Below, piece by piece: positions 55,352 to 64,000 of a DNA stretch of 64,000 bases. Source of the DNA: Octopus vulgaris (Eukaryota); NCBI GenBank assembly GCA_951406725.2, contig OX597825.1:66092001-66156000 (forward strand), written 5' to 3'. Positions within the stretch are counted from its first letter, which is position 1; each line of letters opens with the position of its first letter. The notes beneath the pieces were generated by a model that saw only the letters and a program-made list of their open reading frames with translations, was not told the DNA's origin and did not search any database. Made by a program: the position numbers and the translations under genes.

Positions 55352-57220
55352 GTATAAATTAAATTAGAGATAAAACCACTATTAGGCAAATCAAACAATG
55401 AAAAACATAAACCAAAACATAGAAATAAAATTAATTAATATAATAAACAAAATATATAAAATATAAAATTCAAAATTTAAATTTAAAGTTTAAAATTTTA
55501 ATTATTAATTTATATTTATAAATTTTTATATATATATATTTTATTTTTATTTTTTATTTATTTATTTATTTTATTTTATTTGGGTTTTTTTTTTAAATAT
55601 ATATAACTATCAAAAAGTATTAAAAAGTTTAATATAAGATAAAAAGTAAAACCACTACGATCGTTTCATGCCCATAACCTAATTCGAATAACAATAATTT
55701 AAATTCAATTAATAATTCGAATTATGATTATAGTCAATCTTGTTAGTCAATCTTGTTAGTCAATATGATTATAGTCAATATAGTTAATGATAATAGTTAA
55801 ATAAATAATCAAATATATTTAAACAATATTTTTTTAAAGAAATAAATAAAATAATAATTTTTCTTATAAAAAACTCTATTATCAAACTAGAAACTTTAAC
55901 GATTATGATTATGTCATACAATCGATTATAATGTTAAATATTAATTTTTAAATATTTATCTATTCAGATATAAAATGGCTTTAAAAAAACATAATAAACT
56001 CACAAATAATCTAATCTCAGTTATAGTCAATATCTAATTACCTAAATGTTTAACAAAAAAAATTACTATTCATATTATTAAATTTGATTTCAAATCAAAT
56101 AATTATATAACATTTGAATAATAACTAAATTATCAATGAATATATATAAATGTATATAAATATAAGAATTAAGATCTAAAATTATCTCTATCAATAAATA
56201 TATATGCACGTATAATAAAAACCTAATAAATTAATTATTCATTATTACTTATGAAATATATTAAAAATTAAAAGATTAAAGATGAAAAAGCAAATTGTAA
56301 ACAAACATAAACTATCTTAAAAGAACGCTATAACTAATTAACGATCCATACATCTCGTTGGCTAATTAATAACTTACAAAAACCGTATAGTTAAGAACTA
56401 AAATGAAATAATGAAATACATAGCTTCAACAACTAAATACTTATACAATGAAATTATCAATCCGTAGTTATATAGTATCCAATAAATACTACGAATATAT
56501 TTATCAATGAAAAATACTAGCAATATATAAGTTATAATAGAACGGAGTCAATTATTAGAGATATTTACGAATATACAATATAGCTTAAAAAAAACATAAA
56601 CTCACAAATATCCTTAACTCAGTTATAGTCCAAAAATTTAATTACCAAAATAATTAACTAAAAAATCATTATTCATATATTAGATTTAAGTACACATCTA
56701 ACAATTATAAAATAATAACTAAATAACTATCAACAAATATAGTTATTAAAAACTAAAATGTATGCTATCAATAAATGTATAGACATGAAACCTAACTTTA
56801 AAAAACTCGTATTACTATTAAGTAACTTTGGCTAAATAAAGTCTTACAAATAAACGTAGAGTTAAAATCTAATAATAATATACATTACTTCGATAATGGA
56901 AAAGAGGGGATTACTCAGCAGGAGATGGAATGAGTGGGTGTAACGGGTTGTACACCCCCAGAACGTGTTTAGCCGCGCCTTGCGGACATGATTACGAAAG
57001 CGTCGCCGAGGAGAATACCCGGTGATACTCGCTGCAACAGTCAACCCACCTCGCGAGGATCATTTCTCAGATGGGCCGCTATTATACTGAGTTCGGCTAC
57101 CACAAACTGATAGCGGCCGGTCAGGCTCCTATATTTGTTTATCGTTCTCTCCTCTACGTTACGGGGGGGGGGGACGATACGTGGGTTTGCGGCCAAAGCA
57201 GCAAGGTATGCACGTCACTC
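55335..57220 (-). mobile_element. Probable Penelope-like element 3' end with long AT-rich terminal region
   Basis: Minus strand KYRSLTGRYQFVVAELSIIAAHL loosely resembles the PYxxxxxRCxLCxxExxxI end of PLE GIY-YIG domains; half-HHR gaaacgatcgtagtgg at about 55652-55668; internal duplication 55975-56110 versus 56580-56720. Confidence 0.45.
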
Positions 57221-57523
57221 CCCATGTGTGTGTGTGTGTGTGCATACGATGGTTTTCTTTCAGTTTTCGTCTGCCAATATCCACTCACGAAGCTTTGGTC
57301 GGCAAGAGGCTATAGCAGAAGACACTTACTCAAGGTGTGCCACACGGAGGGACTGAAACTGGAACCACATGGTTAGAAAGCAAACTTCTTATGCCTGGGT
57401 GGATATTTTGGAGTATTGCGTATGCATGTGACAGATACTGTAGATTAGTAAGATCAGTTCCTGGCAAAGCGAGAAACAAGGATATTGCTTATTTCTCAAT
57501 TATTTTAACATCACTTCATCAAA

Positions 57524-57920
57524 GGCGCAGGAATGGCTGTGTGGTAGGTAGCTTGCTTACCAACCACATGGTTCCGGGTTCAGTCCCACTGTGTGGCACA
57601 TTGGGCAAGTATCTTCTTCTACTATAGCCTCGGGCCGACCAAAGCCTTGTGAGTGGATTTGGTAGACGTAAAATGAAAGAAGCCCCTTGTATGTATGTAT
57701 ATGTTTGTGTTTGTGTGTTTGTGTTTGTCCCCAACCACCACCATCGCTTGACAACCGATGCTGGTGTGTTTACGTCCCCGTAACTTAGTGGTTCGGCAAA
57801 AGATTCCGATAGAATAAATACTAAGCTTACAAAGAATAAATCCTGGGCGTCGATTCCTTCGACTAAAGGCGGTGCTCCAGCATGGCCGCAGTCAAATGAC
57901 TTTAACAAGTAAAAGAGAGA
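57524..57920 (+). mobile_element. SINE family A, full length
   Basis: Complete copy. Confidence 0.9.
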
Positions 57921-58632
57921 AAAGAGAGAAAGTAATATTTTCTCGTGTGTCACACGGGAGGACTGAACCTGGAACCACATGGTTAGAAAGCAAGACTGTG
58001 TAAGACGGTTCGGTATTCTCTGTAAATGCACAAAAACCGTTTTAAGGGCTTCATACTTTGTATTGGGGGAAACTTACGCATTTCAGTATCTCGTTCTTTC
58101 TAACCTCGTCTAAAATATTACACGATTTTTGTGCTTATTAATAAAACAGACGAGTAGGCGAAAAATGAAAAACAAGCAAGAGCAGAGCAGACTATGTTTT
58201 ATTTCATTCTAAGAAGCGTGTAAACGTTAATGAAAAGTGTGTCCACCTGCAAGAGAAACTTGACCGAATCAAGGACAAAGGGAAATGATAGGCTTCAAAT
58301 AACAGTGCTATAAACAATATTGGACAGGATGTCGGCTGCTGTTCTCGACATCTTAGTTAAAAAAGCAACACTCATAGGTATCCACTTGTACATAGAAAGA
58401 ATAAAAGTTCCGGTCAGCCTCACTTTGATTTACCATCGGCAACGAACTAACGAGTTTGAATAAAAGAACCACAATACACCAACTTCACACAATAAAATAT
58501 GATACGGTGTGAATGTAAATAAAATGGAATGAAATAGAGAAGAAAAGGGACGTTCAATAGAAGTGTATAAATTATGAATAGGCATGGGCATATATATTAT
58601 GTATAGATTGTTTCAATTGGTGTACAGATTTT

Positions 58633-58800
58633 ATATATTAAGGAAAAGGGGGTGGTCGTAATTTTGGATAATTATTTATCCAGCGTTTTCATCTCGTTTC
58701 AGAGATTCATCAAAAAATAATCTGTGAAACGAACTGAAAGCTCTCACTAAAAAATGATTATCCAAAATTCTGACTTCTTCCGTTTTTCTTAATACATATA
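58633..58800. repeat. Imperfect palindrome with HHR-like motif on minus strand (58681-58713)
   Basis: aattttggataat and attatccaaaatt arms; minus strand TTGATGA-ATCTC-tgaaac-GAGAT-GAAAACG. Confidence 0.6.
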
Positions 58801-58801
58801 T

Positions 58802-58839
<38 letters not shown>

Positions 58840-59889
58840 TTCTGTGTGTATCTACTACATATGTGGGAAATTCTGTCTGTTGGTGTGTTTGTGTTGTTAG
58901 CTAACCCCTCCTACATCGTTTTATCAATTTTGATGAAACTTGACTCGTGAGAAGAACTCATGTCTGGAAACCTCATGACATACTCAGATCCCTTAAAGGG
59001 ATCCTTATATATAGCCAAGGGAAATAAGCCATTTATTTTCCTAATTTATTTGGTAAAAATGAAATTGAGTATGCTTATTTCTTAGTATTTGAACTGTTAG
59101 AGTTATTTTCGCAATTTATCCAGTAAACCCTTAAACAAGTAAATAGTATTTTCCTAAACAATAGATCCACTTATTTTGGTTAGTGACTTATTCACGAATA
59201 TACCAACACTAGCGCTCCTGAGGGTAACATTCTCTGGGAACGCACAAAATCCCTTTTCAGAGTTATTTACTTTGAATTGTTATTGTCTCATATCTGATTA
59301 GCCTGTTATTATGTAACACGCTTCACAATTTCAGTATGCATACCTTATTAGTATTGCCTCCTATGTTCTGTATACTCTGGGAACGCATTAAAGCCTTTTT
59401 CGGGCTACTTTATTTGAGAGTTTTCCGAAAGTAAAGACAGGAAATTTTTTGAGCAGGAAATAATGGCTCTTACCACGAAATAGTAGAAGATACTAGGACA
59501 AAAGGGTAATTATATCATTGATTAAATCGTTTTCTGTTTAAAACTTATCTTATTTTCTCATTAAAAAAAAACCGAACGGACTTTTGAGCCGACCCAATAA
59601 TGTCTTTGTCCATATGTCAACTTCTCCCTCTCTCCTTCTTTCTCTCTGTTTTTCTTTCCTCTCTATTTCTTTCTTACCTCTCTTTCCCTCCCATTCTCTG
59701 TCACTTCTTCTGTACATACAATGTATGTGGACGTATGTATGTTTATTTCTCTGTGTGTGTGTGTGTATCTGTCTTCAGCGCCAAATCGATTCTCGACATA
59801 AAAGGCCATCACCAAAACAGCTGTTGCACTCACTAATGTGTCTTTGCATTATGCAGAGATCTCCAGGTTGGTGGTGTCATTGTAGTTCT

Positions 59890-60140
59890 TGTTTTTTTTT
59901 TTGTTATTGTTGTTGTTATTGTTGTTGTTGTTGGTAGTGGTGGTGGTGATGGTAGTGGGGTGTTGTGGTGGTGAAGATGGTGGTGATGGTTTTGGTGCTG
60001 CTGCTGCTGCTGCTGCTGGTAATGGTAATGGTAGTGGTGGTGGTAGTGATGGTAGTGGTGGTTGTGGTGGTGGTGGTGGTGGTGGTGGCAGTAGTAGTGG
60101 GTGTGAATGGTAGTAGTTTTGGTGGTGGTGGTGGTGGTAT
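59890..60140. repeat. Mixed trinucleotide low-complexity tract (GTT/GGT/GCT)
   Basis: Directly visible. Confidence 0.9.
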
Positions 60141-60433
60141 CATTAATGATGTCTGATTTAAAGAAGATTTGACTGTGACTGCTATTTCTTGAAACCAAAG
60201 CAACCATGTTTGCTAGTTATAAATCTGTGTTTTAAACTTCCCAGAGAAATAATAGCTTCTTGGCAAGAGTCAGCTTGAAATATCGATTCGCAAACTGTTT
60301 TCCCGTTTTTACTTGCGTTATTTCTGATGGGATAATTATATTCATAAATAAACAAAGAAATACATAAAACATGCGTGTGGGGGGTGTATAAGTATATGTG
60401 TATATGTTTGCATGTATATATATATATTTCTTT

Positions 60434-60667
60434 AAGGTGGCGAGCTGGCAGAAGCGTTAGCACGCTGGGCGAAATGCGTGGCCGTATTTCGTCTGCCGTT
60501 ACGTTCTGAATTCAAATTCCGCCGAGGGCGACTTTGCCTTTCATCCTTTCGGGGTCGATAAATTAAGTACCAGTTACGCACTGGGGGTCGATGTAATCGA
60601 CTTAATCCGTTTGTCTGTCCTTGTTTGTCCTCTCTGTGTTTATCCCCTTGCGGGTAGTAAAGAAATA
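60434..60667 (+). mobile_element. SINE family B, full length
   Basis: Complete head and single body. Confidence 0.9.
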
Positions 60668-61033
60668 TATATATATTTCTTTTTACTTTGATATATATAT
60701 ATATGTACACGTATACAAGATACATTCAAAAAGTATCCGATTTATTTTTCCCGCTAAAACTAATGCTGCGGGGTCAAAATCTTGAGAGGGAGATGATGAT
60801 GCTTTTCATTTCCATGAGTGGAAATTTTCACACCGATAGGTCGTGGCGGGAGGGTTTATATATGATCTACTCAAGAAAACACATAGTAACTGACCCACAA
60901 GCAAACTGAGTCGTCAACTTCTTCCATTTGCCAAAATGTTTGCCAGACATCAGCAGACCTCAAAAGGGACATTCATGTCCATAGAACATGATTACCGCTT
61001 TATTTTACTGAACCATCACAAGAGAATTTATCA

Positions 61034-61082
<49 letters not shown>

Positions 61083-61259
61083 CAAAAATGGAACAATAAC
61101 GCAAAACATCCAGACAGACGATAAGCAGAAAACAAGGATGGGTCTTTCGGAGTTTTCTTTCCTCAGTCGGGTTTCAGATTATCTTTGATTTCGGTTGGTT
61201 ATACTTGAGATTGCTCCGATCTGGTCAGGGTCTCTCTCGCTCTCTCTCTTTCTAGATAT

Positions 61260-61445
61260 ATATAAAACAAACACAAAAAAACAACGACGCGAGGACGTGG
61301 TACATGTAATGTATTAGTAGACGCTCAGGAAAGAAAAGAAAGATAGTTTAATGTTTTGAGCAGACGCTCTTCTTCGGAAACAGAGGAAAGTCCAATGGGA
61401 GGGAAGACGGAGGAAGAAAATCGCCGAAGATTCACATGTGGCTAC
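61260..61445 (-). mobile_element. Family F subfamily with HHR-like motif (61346-61381)
   Basis: Minus strand GTTT-CCGAAGA-A-GAGC-gtct-GCTC-AAAACATT-AAAC, followed by cctgagcg...ctaatacat as in other F copies. Confidence 0.6.
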
Positions 61446-61631
61446 ATTTATATATATTAATTACCAATATATATAAACAGACACACACATATAAAAAAAC
61501 ATAAATATATACATATATAGATAAATCAAAGATATCTATATACATACACATGTACTTATACAGGTGTCTGTAAATGTATATCTGTATAGGAATGTATGCA
61601 TGCATATAAGTATGTGTATTTATATATATAG

Positions 61632-62095
61632 ATGCAGGAGTGGCTGGGTGCTAAGTAGCTTGCTTCCCAACCACATGGTTCTGGGTTCAGTCCCACTGCG
61701 TGGCAACTTGGTCAAGTGTCTTCTACTATAGCCTCGGGCCGACCAAAGCCTTGTGAGTGGATTTAGTAGACGGAAACTGAAAGAAGCCCGTCATATATAT
61801 ATGTGTGTGTGTGTGTGTGCCTGTATGTATGTATGTATGTATGTATGTATGTATGTATGTATGTATGTATGTATGTATGTATGTGTGTGTGTTTTGTGTG
61901 TGCGTGTGTTTGTCCTCCCAACATCGCTTGACAACCGATGCTGGTGTGTTTGCGTCCCCGTAACTTAGAGGTTCGGCAAAGACACCGATTGAATAAGTAC
62001 TAGGATTACAAAAAACAAGTCCTGAGGTTGATTTCTTCGACTAAAGGCGGTGCTCCAGCATGGCCGCAGTCAAATGACTAAAATAAATAAAAGAA
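61632..62095 (+). mobile_element. SINE family A, full length
   Basis: Complete copy with internal (GTAT)n. Confidence 0.9.
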
Positions 62096-62215
62096 TATAT
62101 ATATTTATTTATTTATTTATACATTAATGTATGCATGTATGTATATGTGTACTTATGTAATTGTGCATTTAGTATGTTTTTCAACTTGCCGTTCTGTGTT
62201 TATCTTCCTTTCGTT

Positions 62216-62265
<50 letters not shown>

Positions 62266-62684
62266 CATATATATATACATGCGCGCTTGTGTATAGATGT
62301 ATGTACATACGATCCATCCTCACCATGATTCAAAATTGCAACAATTTATTTCAATCATATAAAAAGAAAGGCAAAAAAAAATATTTCGAGTTTCTGATTT
62401 TCTTCTCAATTTTTTTAGTTTTCACACTGATTTCTGCAAAAATACTTTTAAACTATATTTATATATATTTGCTTTATAGAATAATGTTTTACATAAATCT
62501 TGTGTTTCCTGCGCTGCATGATATAAAATGCTAATTTATATTTTATTTGCTAAAAAATAAAACGGTGCCGTATTGCATTAAATGTGTGTGCTTGTGAATT
62601 TGTGGCTGTATATGTGTGCATTTTGTATAAATATATATACACATATACATATGCATTGTTAAATACCTACATTATACATTTATA

Positions 62685-62795
<111 letters not shown>

Positions 62796-63615
62796 TTGTG
62801 TGTGTGTTTATAAATATATCTGTGTGTGTGTGTTGGTGTTTGTATATCTATGTATCTATGCATGTATCTACAATAAGAAAAATACCAAGAAAAATATTTT
62901 TTTATGTTTACATGTATACGTGTGTGTACGTATAAATATAGACAAAAATATATATGTTATGCATATGCCTGTGTGTATGTGTGTGTATGTGCGTGTGTGT
63001 GTGTGTACGCGCTTCTGTAATAAAAACAAACGAATGCGTTATCAGCTACAGTCGTTTCATTAAAAGATTTCATTGTACAGACAGGTATGCAATATGAACA
63101 ACATCAATACGATTAAGTAATACTAACTGGGCCCGTACCGTCAAAAATGATGGCTGATTGTAGTATTTTGTATATAAATTAAGTACAAAATGAGGTACAT
63201 AATAATCACTGATACAAACATTCACATACTTCCCTTGTACACGCACACACATACACATACATATATTCAAATAGAGTTGAAATGCTGTTTGATTTTTCTT
63301 TTCAACATTGAATGTTCACCATCTCACTTCCATTGCATGCGCACGCACACACACGTACAAAGACACACACACACACATGCATACACATTCACTTACCTCC
63401 CTTTTACAGACACACGCATATACTCACACAGAGTTGAAACGCTAATTTTTTTCACCCCTTCCTTCGTTATTCGTCTATCACCCCTTCCTTTCTCATTTAT
63501 ATGCAACGGAGAAAAACAGAAGATACACATTGCGCTCTTTGCCACTTCCTTTCTTTCATTGCTATTATTTTCTCTCACTCGCTCCCTCGCTCTCTCTCTC
63601 TCTCTCTCCCTCTCG

Positions 63616-63654
<39 letters not shown>

Positions 63655-63884
63655 AGGGTTATTATTCTCACTACTTCTCCTTCACTGAATTACTATTTTT
63701 TCTCTTCTCCCTTCACTTATACTACACTTTCTCCTTCTCTGTCTCCGTGATTTTGGACAAATATATATATATATAAACACTACGCTCGTTAATATATTAT
63801 ATTATGAACACACACATGCACACGCACACACACGCACGCACACACACACACACACATACACATATATATGTATTTATTTATTCT

Positions 63885-64000
63885 TTTGCTTGTTTCAGTC
63901 ATTTTGACTGTGGCCATGCTGGTCGAAGAAATCAACCCCTGTACTTATTCTGTGTAAGACTAGTACTTATTCTATCGGTCTCTTTTACCGAACCCCTAAG
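63885..64000 (-). mobile_element. SINE family A 3' end, runs off window
   Basis: cttgtttcagtcat...ggccatgctgg...tagtacttattctatcggtctc. Confidence 0.8.

Noticed and set aside
55400-56900. Mitochondrial insertion
   Set aside because: Very AT-rich but no recognisable mitochondrial gene, tRNA or rRNA motif
59833-60207. Poly-His/Gln transcription factor exon
   Set aside because: All frames are open because of trinucleotide repeats; no domain or convincing splice sites
61140-61170. HHR on minus strand (ctgaggaaagaaaactccgaaagac)
   Set aside because: Core-like ends present but stems I, II and III cannot be paired convincingly

Overview
AT-rich, repeat-saturated eukaryotic non-coding DNA. The SINE families, dense (AT)n/(GT)n/(GATA)n microsatellites and transposon mix resemble a cephalopod genome, most likely Octopus (inference from family resemblance, no search run). 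No complete host gene is visible, and nearly all listed ORFs are microsatellite or SINE artefacts. The window holds at least five tRNA-derived SINE families, Tc1/mariner/pogo elements and MITEs, Helitron pieces, RTE LINE ends, Penelope-like (PLE) remnants, a truncated tRNA-Gly pseudogene and one candidate signal-peptide first exon (17781-17829, minus). The most notable signal is a dozen or so minimal type I hammerhead ribozyme (HHR) motifs, intact to degenerate, in small non-autonomous elements. These include a tRNA-headed SINE with an HHR in its tail (inverted pair at 51.5-52.2 kb), a five-copy family with a non-canonical core and covarying stem I, a tandem HHR pair at 25.4-25.6 kb, and several fold-back palindromes carrying HHR-like ends. 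All coordinates and foldings were read by eye and are approximate; ribozyme activity is untested.
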